DNA of 56,710 nucleotides, from positions 1 through 56,710 of IMG/VR virus record IMGVR_UViG_3300009168_000049; one strand, written 5' to 3'. The translations under genes were made by a program, and so were the position numbers. Shown one piece after another: positions 46,454 through 55,049 of this stretch. Under the pieces are notes generated by a model. It made no database searches. It was given only the letters and a program-made list of their open reading frames with translations, and was not told the origin of the DNA. Source of the DNA: a virus. Lineage: Duplodnaviria > Caudoviricetes. Numbering within the stretch: the first letter of the stretch is position 1; every line of letters begins with the position of its first letter.

Positions 46454-47145
46454 TTAATGATACCAATATCAAAGCAGTCAGTCCGGCTGAAACAAACACA
46501 GTCGCAGTCCATGGCTGTTTGCAACACGGTGAGCCGCCACACCTCACACTCGCTCGCCGCCGGTGAGACAATCACCGGAAAACTGACGTTGAAAAAGCGG
46601 CTGTCGACCGAGGCCGGTCCGACACTGACATGCGGCGTCGCGATCACGGCGGCCGCATCGATGCCGACGGCAATCATCACCTCAAAGACGGTCGTGTTGG
46701 TGCCATCGGAGGCGGAGACGTAAAACCGCTCCTCGCCCTTGAAATTGGTCGACGGCAGATAGGTAAACGAGCCATCGGGCTTGAGATCAAGCTTGCCGTG
46801 CTTCGGCCCATACAGCGTCAGCAGCTTGAAGGTGAGTGTGGTCAGCTCGGGATCGATGATCATATGGGTGAGCGTGTTTTCCAGCGGCGCATTCATCGCG
46901 GTGGAAAACTTCACGTCCGAGGTCGCTTGCGGCGGCATGTTGCTGCCGACCGGCGCCGGACAAGTGTCCATCTGCTCGATCTGGAATTGGGGCGTGCAAT
47001 GCAGCTGGCCAATCGGCACCGCCCACGGCGCGTAGCCGACCGAGACCTTGGTCACCGTCCCAGGCTTGAGATTGATTTTCTCGCAGCAGCACTTCTGACA
47101 GGCCGCATCGACCGCCGTGTAATCCTCGACCGTGAAATGCATCAT
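46447..47145 (-). CDS. Cys-rich Ig-like (Big_9/cadherin-like) virion protein, collar candidate
   Basis: GPKHGKLDLKPDGSFTYLPSTNFKGEERF; CQKCCC and CDCVC clusters. Confidence 0.75.
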   Translation of the reverse strand: MMHFTVEDYTAVDAACQKCCCEKINLKPGTVTKVSVGYAPWAVPIGQLHCTPQFQIEQMDTCPAPVGSNMPPQATSDVKFSTAMNAPLENTLTHMIIDPELTTLTFKLLTLYGPKHGKLDLKPDGSFTYLPSTNFKGEERFYVSASDGTNTTVFEVMIAVGIDAAAVIATPHVSVGPASVDSRFFNVSFPVIVSPAASECEVWRLTVLQTAMDCDCVCFSRTDCFDIGIIKC

Positions 47146-47170
47146 GGCTGCGTTCCTGTTGGAGAGGTGG

Positions 47171-47195
47171 CCGGAGGCCCGTTAAGAGCCTCCGG
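47171..47195. other. Hairpin after the head genes (no U-tract)
   Basis: CCGGAGGC-N9-GCCTCCGG. Confidence 0.5.
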
Positions 47196-47203
47196 TGCTC
47201 ACA

Positions 47204-47356
47204 TCACTGTGCGCGTTGCTCGCGTGCAGTCGACTCGTTCTCAGCCGCCGCAGCCTCAGCGGTCGCGGTGGTGGTGGCGCAGTCGAAGCAAGGCGGGGTG
47301 GCAAGTGCGATAGCCGGATTGGCTCCGCAAGCAGCACTACATCTCACTGGAATCAT
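47204..47356 (-). CDS. 50-aa Cys micropeptide, probable capsid linking protein
   Basis: AAGGAG RBS; MIPVRCSAAC...PPCFDC; absent from ORF track. Confidence 0.7.
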   Translation of the reverse strand: MIPVRCSAACGANPAIALATPPCFDCATTTATAEAAAAENESTAREQRAQ

Positions 47357-47618
47357 GACGCTCTCCTTTCTTGAGCTTCGGCTTGGGTAGTTCAGGTGCC
47401 GTGTAGGCCTCGATCTCGGCGTCGGTCATCGGCCGCGCGTAGCCGTGAGTGATCAGGTAATTCGCGGCCTCCGGCGGCAGCGCCGCGAACTTGGTCCCCT
47501 TGTCCCACTCGATGCGCACGGTCGGCATAAAGTAAGACGGTTTGTAATCAAACCACTGGCTGTCCGCTCCTTGACCAGTCGCGACATTCATCACAACGAG
47601 GACTTCGGTATCTGCCAC
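47337..47618 (-). CDS. Hypothetical protein in the head module
   Basis: ORF in operon orientation; EAANYLITHGYAR. Confidence 0.6.
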   Translation of the reverse strand: MADTEVLVVMNVATGQGADSQWFDYKPSYFMPTVRIEWDKGTKFAALPPEAANYLITHGYARPMTDAEIEAYTAPELPKPKLKKGERHDSSEM

Positions 47619-47998
47619 GGGGTAAACTTTCGTTGGAGCTTCGCGATCCAGCCGAGATCCGGATTTATCTTGCGCTTCAATTTGACGGTGGCACGCACAT
47701 CGTCCGGCGTGTCGACCTCCTGAATAACGCGGATGAACCCGTAGATATCAGCCGTGAAAGCCAACTGCTTGGATGATTCCGGACCGACCAGCCGCATCGA
47801 CATTGGCGACAGCATCGTCGGACGACCATTGGCCACCAGGATGTCGGCAACGTTCGGCACGTAGGGACTGAACTGCGCACCGTTATCGGAGGCAAACACG
47901 AACAGCCGGCCGAGCTTGCCGGTGGGAGGAAGCTGGCCCCGAATGAAAACCCGATCCCCGGGGCCGACCCGCAGCGTATTGCCGACTTGCACCCTCAC
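47591..47998 (-). CDS. Hypothetical beta-rich protein in the head module
   Basis: ORF in operon orientation. Confidence 0.6.
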   Translation of the reverse strand: MRVQVGNTLRVGPGDRVFIRGQLPPTGKLGRLFVFASDNGAQFSPYVPNVADILVANGRPTMLSPMSMRLVGPESSKQLAFTADIYGFIRVIQEVDTPDDVRATVKLKRKINPDLGWIAKLQRKFTPWQIPKSSL

Positions 47999-48001
47999 GG
48001 A

Positions 48002-48421
48002 TCAGGTTCGCGGTCCAGACAACGAGATCACCACTTCGATCTTGCCGGTATCACCACTCACCGGCTCCACCTGGATGAACGCATCCGGCTTGCACGGCAA
48101 CGTCGCCGTACAGATCGCACCGGCTTTGGTGCCGGCCGGAATGGTGATGGAGACATCACCCACCGGAACGGCGCCCCAGGACGCCACGCAGGTGGGCACG
48201 TCCTGCACTTTGTACTGCGGCAGCAGTGGCGCGCACGGATTCACCGGATCCGGTGGTGCGGCCGCGAACTCGAAGACCGCATCGGCCACGATATCCGCCA
48301 CCACGTGAAACGTGAACGAAAAACCGGCGTGACGGCGCAGATCGACCGCCGGCTGGAGGTTGACTGCGGTGATTGCTCGCCACGCCACCACACCTTGATG
48401 TTGAGACGCAAAGTTGATCAT
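48002..48421 (-). CDS. Minor capsid / decoration protein, paralogue 2
   Basis: ASQHQGVxAW...FSFTF...PC...IPxGTKAGAICTAxLPCxPDAFxQ...LSGPR shared with 48483-48875. Confidence 0.7.
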   Translation of the reverse strand: MINFASQHQGVVAWRAITAVNLQPAVDLRRHAGFSFTFHVVADIVADAVFEFAAAPPDPVNPCAPLLPQYKVQDVPTCVASWGAVPVGDVSITIPAGTKAGAICTATLPCKPDAFIQVEPVSGDTGKIEVVISLSGPRT

Positions 48422-48482
48422 GCCGAACTCCCTGTCGCAGAGCGTAGCTGCCCGAGCGGGCAGCTACGCCTGCTCTCTGCTA

Positions 48483-48875
48483 TCAGCGTGGGCCGGACAG
48501 TATCGCAACAGCCTGCACGGCGGCTGCTCCAGTGCCGACCAGCTGGACGAAGGCGTCGGGCCGGCACGGCAACGCGGCCGTACAGATCGCACCCGCCTTG
48601 GTCCCCGACGGAATCACAAATCCGGTGGTCGGATTGGGTGGTCCCAGATCGTAGCAGAGCAGCGTCTCCGGCACGTCGTAAAACGCACCGGGGACACACG
48701 GATCGGCATCGCTCGGCGGTGCCGCCTGCACCTTGAAGCTCGCGTTCGCCGCAAGATCCGCAGTGGTCTTGAAGGTGAACGAGAAGTTGTTGTGACGACG
48801 GATGTCGATGGGAGCACCCGCCGTGCCGCTCCAGGCCAGCACGCCCTGGTGCTGACTCGCGCCATTCAGATTCAT
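48483..48875 (-). CDS. Minor capsid / decoration protein, paralogue 1
   Basis: Immediately after MCP; AAGGAG RBS; PSDADPCVPG. Confidence 0.72.
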   Translation of the reverse strand: MNLNGASQHQGVLAWSGTAGAPIDIRRHNNFSFTFKTTADLAANASFKVQAAPPSDADPCVPGAFYDVPETLLCYDLGPPNPTTGFVIPSGTKAGAICTAALPCRPDAFVQLVGTGAAAVQAVAILSGPR

Positions 48876-48910
48876 AGTGATCTCCTTATGTCGTCAGCCG
48901 CAGCTGACTG

Positions 48911-50353
48911 CTACGGGCCTACGGTCAGGATCGACACCGCCGGGCAACAGGCAACGAAGCCGCCGTCCTCGGCGCCGAACGAGTAGGCAACGCACCACGC
49001 GGATGACTTGCCTTCCCACTGCTCGATCCACAGCGGCCGCTTGTTGACGACGTAATAGGCCTGCTTCCAAGCCCCCGTCGCCGCGATGAATGACCCGGTG
49101 ATGAACGGCGCACCGGCACCACCGAGCGTCATGTTCTGGGTCGGATCCGGCAGGCAGTTGGAAATGCGAATGCGCTCACGCACATCCGTCGGGCTGTAGG
49201 TCATCAGGCCGTCGCCGAACAGGAAGCGGCCGTTGTTGTCGACCATCGATGCCAGGTAGGCGAACGTGTTCTGGTGCATCACCGTGGTCACCTCGCCGTA
49301 CTCCACCGGCACGCTGCCGTGGAAGGCACGGAATTCGATGTGGTCGAAGGTGGTGCCCTTGGACTTGCGCTTGGTGAAGCAGTCGGCGGTCAGCCAGCCG
49401 AGCGGCTCGTTGATCCCGTCGCCCACCATGGTGGCGCGGTTGCGGTTGATCCGGTAGGACCGCGCCGCCGCGTTGTACATGAAGTTCAACAGATCGTAGT
49501 TGGCCTCGGCCAGCGTCTTGCGCTGGAAGCAAAACACGCCACGGAAATCCGAGACGCTGCCGCTCTTGAAGGTGATGTTACCTTCCGGGCCGTATTCGGC
49601 GTCACACTTGGCGTCGCAGTCGTACTTGCCGATGGCGCCGTAATCCATCACCTGCGGGTACATGAATTGCGACTTGCCGACGGTGACCGAGTTGTAGAGA
49701 TCGAGCAGCTCGGCACATTCGACGATACAGTTCAGCTCGATGCCGAGCATCTCAGGGCTGAACATGGCGCTGTCGAGTGAGGACGCCTCGAAGGCCTTGC
49801 GCTCTGGCTCGGTGAAGGTGCGCTTGATCTTGTCGCGGGATTCGATGCCGACCTGCATCAGCTTGCGCACGGCGCCACGATATTCCTTGGCGTCGACCAG
49901 GTTGTCGAGGTCGGGCTTGAAGTCCCACTCCGAACCGCCCTTGAACAGGAAGGCACGGCGCTGAAGCTCGATACCAGCTTCGCGGTCCGAGGTCTCCAGA
50001 TCCTTGCCGCCCTTGATGATCGGGGCGTCCATCTCCTTCTTCACCTGGTTGAGCGCCTGCTCAAGCATTTGCATCTGCTTGATCTGCTCGGCGTAGTCGG
50101 CGGCATTCTTGAGCACCGTTGCCTTCAGCTCGTCGGTGGTCGCCTTGACGCCGCTGTAGTGGTTGGTGAGATCGGTGAACTTGGTCTCGGCTTCCTTCTT
50201 GGATTTCTCGAGCGCCGTGACGATGTTGCCCATCTCCGTGGTCAATGGAGCCAGCAGCGCCTCGGCGGTCTTGACGTCTGGGGGTGCTTCCTTGGTGAGG
50301 AATGCGCCCTTGTACACGCTCGACTTGAGCGCGTTCAGCTTGGCCTTGTTCAT
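48911..50353 (-). CDS. HK97-fold major capsid protein with N-terminal coiled-coil delta domain
   Basis: Coiled-coil N-terminus; MVGDGINEPLGW; MHQNT...DNNGRFLF; many Cys. Confidence 0.92.
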   Translation of the reverse strand: MNKAKLNALKSSVYKGAFLTKEAPPDVKTAEALLAPLTTEMGNIVTALEKSKKEAETKFTDLTNHYSGVKATTDELKATVLKNAADYAEQIKQMQMLEQALNQVKKEMDAPIIKGGKDLETSDREAGIELQRRAFLFKGGSEWDFKPDLDNLVDAKEYRGAVRKLMQVGIESRDKIKRTFTEPERKAFEASSLDSAMFSPEMLGIELNCIVECAELLDLYNSVTVGKSQFMYPQVMDYGAIGKYDCDAKCDAEYGPEGNITFKSGSVSDFRGVFCFQRKTLAEANYDLLNFMYNAAARSYRINRNRATMVGDGINEPLGWLTADCFTKRKSKGTTFDHIEFRAFHGSVPVEYGEVTTVMHQNTFAYLASMVDNNGRFLFGDGLMTYSPTDVRERIRISNCLPDPTQNMTLGGAGAPFITGSFIAATGAWKQAYYVVNKRPLWIEQWEGKSSAWCVAYSFGAEDGGFVACCPAVSILTVGP

Positions 50354-50371
50354 TGGGAAAACCCTTGATGT

Positions 50372-51130
50372 TTAAGGAAGATGCGCTCGCGCCTTGGCGA
50401 TCAGATCGGCCATTGGCTTGAGCATGGATACATCCAGCAAGGGATGCGACGGCACGGGCGCCTTATCCACCAGCAAGGGTGTTTTCGGCTGAAGCAGGTG
50501 CACATTCTGTTTCGCCCAAAGGGCTAACCGGTGCGCCTGATTCCGGCTGTTGCAGAGTCCTTCGGCCACGATGGCACGTTCGAACTCGGCAAGAGTTTCC
50601 AATTCTTTCACGAAAGTCATGGTGGCATCTTTTTGGCTCGGGAACGTTACGATGGATACCTCCATCAGATCGCCCTTCTGCACGATCAGCCACGGATCGT
50701 CTTCGTCCTCCATCACGTCGTTGAATTCGTATTCTTCGAGCGTGAAGCCGACGGAAAAATTCAAACCGCCATTGTGCTTGAGGACGGTGTGAATATCCTT
50801 GACGTAGCCGACGTCGAGATAGAGTTGCGCTTCGAGATGCAGCTTGTCGTCGGCTTTGGTCTCCAGCTTCACGATCTTGCCGCCAACCTTATTCCAGTCG
50901 TGGCCGATCAGCAGCTGCACACCACCGGGCCCGGCAAGACCTTTCTTCTTGATGCTCTCATCGAACGCCTTGGCCATCACCTTGTGACCATGACGGTCAG
51001 TACTCGGCGTCGAGGCAACGCCCGCAATATAACCCTCCGGGACTCCGGCCGAGGCGTCCAACTTGATCTCATTGAACGCGATATCACACTGAATGCGGTC
51101 GCCGCGTGCCCACTTGGGTGTCATGGTCAT
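50372..51130 (-). CDS. HK97-family prohead protease
   Basis: IAGVAS...DRHG...LLIGHD...FSVGF...LMEVSIVTFP. Confidence 0.92.
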   Translation of the reverse strand: MTMTPKWARGDRIQCDIAFNEIKLDASAGVPEGYIAGVASTPSTDRHGHKVMAKAFDESIKKKGLAGPGGVQLLIGHDWNKVGGKIVKLETKADDKLHLEAQLYLDVGYVKDIHTVLKHNGGLNFSVGFTLEEYEFNDVMEDEDDPWLIVQKGDLMEVSIVTFPSQKDATMTFVKELETLAEFERAIVAEGLCNSRNQAHRLALWAKQNVHLLQPKTPLLVDKAPVPSHPLLDVSMLKPMADLIAKARAHLP

Positions 51131-52443
51131 TGTAAGGCTCTCCCACCATTGGCTTGCGGCTCACGATCATTCTCGTTGTCGTCGCGGCCGTTGGCAGCCG
51201 GTGCTGCCGGTTTCAATTCGATGAGCTTGTCTTCGCCCGCCTTCGGCTCGAAGCCGAGCACGTCGCGCTTCTCGTTGTTCGACAGGAAGGTGACCTGGCT
51301 GAGCGTCTTGCCGAGGTTGGCGCGGCCTTCCCACAGCGCCGGCACCTGATCGAGATCGAACTTGATGCGCGCACCCGCAGGGCAGAGGGACTGGGTCATG
51401 CCGGCCGCGATCGGGATCAGGTAGCAAGGCACGATGGTGTCCTGCCAGTAGGAGAGGCGAGACTCGACATAGTTGGATGCGTACTTGGCAGCGTCGGCGC
51501 TGCCGAGGCCAAGGAGCGCGACCGGCACACCGAAGACGCCAGCAATCTGCCGCGTCATGTCGTCGAGCGGCAGCTTGGAGTGGATATCCGAGAGCTTGTT
51601 GTCGAGCGTGTGCACTTTGACGTCGGTGTTGTAGAGAAACAGAATCTCACCAGAGTTCTCGCCGCCGGGCCCGGCCTCTTCGAGGTGCTTAAGCAGCGCC
51701 TCCTTCTGCTGGCGCGTGATCGTCTTTTCCGCCGTGATCACGTACTTCACATTCGGATGGCCCGAAGCCGTGTCGAGCGCGCGCTGCATCAGCGCGTGGA
51801 TGATGCGCAGCGGAACGTTGAGGCTCTCAATCGCCGCCGGCGCCTTGTTGTATTCGACCAGGCCGCTGATGGAGGGAAAGGCGATCTCGGCCGCATAGGA
51901 GGGCTTGGGTTCGCGGCGCTCGGCAGTACGTCGTGATGGCAGCGTGGTCTTGTTCGGCCCTTGCCCGTACTCGTAGTTATCCACCACGCCACGAGAATTG
52001 AGCACACCGCGCATGTGCTTGGCGGCCAGTGGATAAATCCCGTTCGGCATGCCGTTGGTACCGATGCCGACTTTGAAATGCGCTCGCGCATAAAGCATCA
52101 GATTCAAGGCGATCCAGTACTGAAGCTGCTGGGCCGTGTAGGTGTCGTTGGGGCTTTTCAACAGGTCGTTCAACGCCTTGATCTTGGACGCGCCAAGCCG
52201 CTCCGAGGCATTTACTTCCGGATCTTCTTCGCAATACCACGGCACGGACTGGACCGAGGAGGCGATGAAATTGGTGATTCTGTATAACTGCGGGGATTCC
52301 CGCTGCGCTACGTCGGCAGTGATGATGGCCTGGGTCGAGAGGAAGCGAACCGACTGCCCACCCATGATAAAGATGGGTGAGTTCGGCTCCTCGACCTCGG
52401 TGCGCTCCGGCTTGCGCTTGGTGAAGAATTCAATGAGGCCCAT
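51127..52443 (-). CDS. HK97-family portal protein
   Basis: LNDLLKSPN, IAGVFGVPVALLG, LSNNEKR. Confidence 0.9.
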   Translation of the reverse strand: MGLIEFFTKRKPERTEVEEPNSPIFIMGGQSVRFLSTQAIITADVAQRESPQLYRITNFIASSVQSVPWYCEEDPEVNASERLGASKIKALNDLLKSPNDTYTAQQLQYWIALNLMLYARAHFKVGIGTNGMPNGIYPLAAKHMRGVLNSRGVVDNYEYGQGPNKTTLPSRRTAERREPKPSYAAEIAFPSISGLVEYNKAPAAIESLNVPLRIIHALMQRALDTASGHPNVKYVITAEKTITRQQKEALLKHLEEAGPGGENSGEILFLYNTDVKVHTLDNKLSDIHSKLPLDDMTRQIAGVFGVPVALLGLGSADAAKYASNYVESRLSYWQDTIVPCYLIPIAAGMTQSLCPAGARIKFDLDQVPALWEGRANLGKTLSQVTFLSNNEKRDVLGFEPKAGEDKLIELKPAAPAANGRDDNENDREPQANGGRALQ

Positions 52444-52625
52444 CAGTGCAACTGCCGTTGGATGACCGGGACTTCACGTCGCTGCTGATCGAGCATCGAG
52501 GCGAGCGCCGCCATCGCCCGATAGATATCGACGACGACTGCGGGGCCGGCTTCGTTCGGATGTTCGCAATAGTGCTCAGCCGCCTTGTTGCAGGCGGCGG
52601 CCAGGCGCTGGAGATCGTCGTTCAT
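52443..52625 (-). CDS. Small hypothetical protein
   Basis: TGATG coupling at both ends. Confidence 0.55.
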   Translation of the reverse strand: MNDDLQRLAAACNKAAEHYCEHPNEAGPAVVVDIYRAMAALASMLDQQRREVPVIQRQLH

Positions 52626-52813
52626 CAGACCTGACGGCGAACCACGGCATTACGGCGCGCAGCCAGCGCCGAGGCCTGCACCACCTTGGGCGGAGCCGTC
52701 TCGGGTGCATGGTTCATGCGCACCGGTGCCACGCGCGTTTGCGGCGCGTGCTGGCTCTGCCGATTCGAAGTGACTGGTCTTGCGTAAGTTTTGCCGCCGC
52801 ATCCGCACCCGAT
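52625..52813 (-). CDS. 62-aa GCGCGGK peptide with apparent ATC start codon
   Basis: AGGAGG-5 nt-ATC GGG TGC GGA TGC GGC GGC AAA; stop TGA overlaps the next ATG. Confidence 0.5.
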   Translation of the reverse strand: MGCGCGGKTYARPVTSNRQSQHAPQTRVAPVRMNHAPETAPPKVVQASALAARRNAVVRRQV

Positions 52814-52831
52814 TGGAGCCTCCTATTACTG

Positions 52832-54139
52832 CTACCAGATTTTAAGCTTGAGCACGCCGCCGCTGTCGTCGTCGTCGAGCGCGGTGTCGTTGGCCACATC
52901 TTCGGTGGCGTAACGGGTCGCATCCCAGCCGTGATTAAAAGCGTCGACCGGGGTGCTGAGAGCTTGATTGGTCAGCTTGTCGGTCATCCAGCTGTAGAGA
53001 TGCGCCTCTTCCTGCATCTTTTCGCAGTTCGGGTCGATGATAATCTCGTAACCCTGGAGCCAGAGAATGCCCGACTTGACCGAGCCGGGGCCCTTCTTGG
53101 CCGGCACCGCATTGATGCCGCGTGATTGCAGGAATTCGATGGTGCCGGGCTGGCTTGAGTCACACTTGACCTGATCACCATCGACGCGCGTGACACTGCG
53201 CACCAGGTGCGGCAGCTGATCCATGGTGACGCGGCCGCTAGCTTCGTTGGCGATGTAGATTTGTTTTTGCGTGGGGAAGACGAACACTTTCACCACGAAA
53301 GAAGGATCACTACCGAAACCAAAGTCCATGCCGTAATAAGGAGACATATCAGCAGGAACGTCGGGCCGCCCGACTCGGACGTTAGTAAATACCTTGGTCT
53401 CATAGGAGACATCGTATTCACCTTCCCACACGTGCATGTAGCGAGCACGGTTGCCGTCCTTGAGGACTTGCATCTCACCAGGCATCTCGGTGTGCTCGAA
53501 GAACGGATTATCGCGCCAGCTGACTTGCGTGACGATGGAGCGTTTGGGCGGCGGACCGTCGCGGAAATACTTGTCGACCGGGTCGGTGGGCTTTTCCGGG
53601 TTCCAGGTCCAGATCAGCTCCGACCCGGCGGCACGCACGGTTGGCAGCAGGATCTCCATGGACTTGGCACTGATGGTCTTGGCCTCTTCGATCCAAACGA
53701 TATCCGCGCCTTCGAGGGAACGGATCGATTCAATGTTGCGCTCCAGGCCGACGAAGATGAACTGAGATTTCGTGCCATCATGAATGATGTAGCGGTCGGT
53801 GATGGTGTACTGGTTAGCCATGCCGAGGGAACGAATCCGTTTCTCGATCAGTTCTTTGCTGGAGTCGCGGATCGAGTTCTGGAATTGGCGAGCGCAGACG
53901 ATGCGCTTTCGTTGTTGCGAAGCTTTAATCGGCAAGTAGGTTGCCACTGACCAGCTCTTGGCCGATCCGCGACCGCCAAACAGCGCCTTGTGGCGATAAT
54001 CACTGAACAGCGTGTCGATGAATTTCTGCCCAAGCCGCGCATCGGCCGCAGCCTTCTTGCCGGCCGCGATGGCCGAGGCGGTCTTGGCGCGGCTGCCGTT
54101 TACCTTACGCTCAGCCAGACCAGCATAAACATCAACCAT
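52832..54139 (-). CDS. terL: Terminase large subunit (PBSX/SPP1-like)
   Basis: GGRGSAKS Walker A, WIEEA Walker B, TWNP, GMDFGF, NHGWDATRY. Confidence 0.95.
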   Translation of the reverse strand: MVDVYAGLAERKVNGSRAKTASAIAAGKKAAADARLGQKFIDTLFSDYRHKALFGGRGSAKSWSVATYLPIKASQQRKRIVCARQFQNSIRDSSKELIEKRIRSLGMANQYTITDRYIIHDGTKSQFIFVGLERNIESIRSLEGADIVWIEEAKTISAKSMEILLPTVRAAGSELIWTWNPEKPTDPVDKYFRDGPPPKRSIVTQVSWRDNPFFEHTEMPGEMQVLKDGNRARYMHVWEGEYDVSYETKVFTNVRVGRPDVPADMSPYYGMDFGFGSDPSFVVKVFVFPTQKQIYIANEASGRVTMDQLPHLVRSVTRVDGDQVKCDSSQPGTIEFLQSRGINAVPAKKGPGSVKSGILWLQGYEIIIDPNCEKMQEEAHLYSWMTDKLTNQALSTPVDAFNHGWDATRYATEDVANDTALDDDDSGGVLKLKIW

Positions 54140-54384
54140 GTGGCGTTTCCGAGCAGGATGCCGAGCGTGATACCGCGAAACAGGGCGCAGCAGGGGCAGC
54201 TGGTCCAGAGAAAGGCCGCGAAGCGTCCGGTCCAGTGCTGTTCATTCTGACACCAGGTTGGGACGAAAACGGTAGACGCCCAGGCGAATGCGTTGGAGAG
54301 CCAATTGTCTTCCCAGTCGGGGATCTCGCCGTCGTGATCGACATCGGCGTCAGGAGCGGGCCGATACCGAAACGGCGAGGTCAA
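54100..54384 (-). CDS. Small membrane protein with CPCCxxxR motif
   Basis: ATGA-coupled to the upstream gene; Trp-rich; WTSCPCCALFRG followed by a TM helix. Confidence 0.6.
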   Translation of the reverse strand: MTSPFRYRPAPDADVDHDGEIPDWEDNWLSNAFAWASTVFVPTWCQNEQHWTGRFAAFLWTSCPCCALFRGITLGILLGNATWLMFMLVWLSVR

Positions 54385-54914
54385 TTGTCAATCACCATGT
54401 TGTCTTGGGCGGCGATCTCCTTGGGCAAGAACGTACCCGAAGGGATACCGATGACGTTCACGGTCTCGACGAAAACCGGACGACCACCGCTGCCACCGTT
54501 GTCGTCGGGCATGTCGGCGCGATTGAGGCCGTAGCCACGGTGCCGGTGCACGGTCGAGAGGTAGTAGAGGATACAGCGCACATCGCCCTGGTCAATCAGT
54601 TCGAACAGCTTGGCCTCGGCCTTGTCGCCCATCGCATCGCGGGCATGCGAGAGCGCCTCGACGCAGACGTCGTGCTTCTCGATGTAGCGCAGCAGCGTGG
54701 AGCGCGGGACTTTGAGAGAACGCACCACCTGGGTGAGCAGGCCGCGCTCCTTCAGGATCATGACGGCGACTTTTTGCGGCGTGATATCATGCCGCTCTTC
54801 GGTCTTTTGGAGAGCCTTGGCCGCCCGCTCCTCCTGGGTGAGCTTGGGCTTGACGACCTTCTGGCCGTTTTTGCCGTAACCCGGCTTGTATCTGGCTTTG
54901 ATTCTTTTCGGCAT
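54381..54914 (-). CDS. terS: Terminase small subunit (HTH)
   Basis: VRSLKVPRSTLLRY HTH; AEAKLFELIDQGD...ILYYL...RGY; upstream of terL. Confidence 0.7.
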   Translation of the reverse strand: MPKRIKARYKPGYGKNGQKVVKPKLTQEERAAKALQKTEERHDITPQKVAVMILKERGLLTQVVRSLKVPRSTLLRYIEKHDVCVEALSHARDAMGDKAEAKLFELIDQGDVRCILYYLSTVHRHRGYGLNRADMPDDNGGSGGRPVFVETVNVIGIPSGTFLPKEIAAQDNMVIDN

Positions 54915-54924
54915 GTCCCTGACT

Positions 54925-55007
54925 CGGGCTGGAGAGGCTCCACCCGCGATGCCTTCCCTTCAGATCTTCGCCGACACCCGGTCAAGGCGAAACCCGATCT
55001 GGTAGGG
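54925..55007 (-). promoter_or_regulatory. Structured leader RNA between the NusG-like gene and terS
   Basis: Nested stems CCCU/AGGG, CAGAUC/GAUCUG, UUCGCC/GGCGAA, GAC/GUC plus a second hairpin. Confidence 0.5.
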
Positions 55008-55019
55008 GATTGGGCGGGG

Positions 55020-55049
55020 AACCTACAATCGCTTGTTACGCTTCGTCAA
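55020..55049 (-). promoter_or_regulatory. Candidate late promoter TTGACG-N18-TAGGTT
   Basis: Overlaps the NusG-like stop codon and lies just upstream of the structured leader. Confidence 0.4.

Noticed and set aside
31490-50353. Stop-codon reassignment or selenocysteine explaining the Cys enrichment
   Set aside because: Genes read intact under the standard code, and TGA acts as stop in many ATGA/TGATG overlaps
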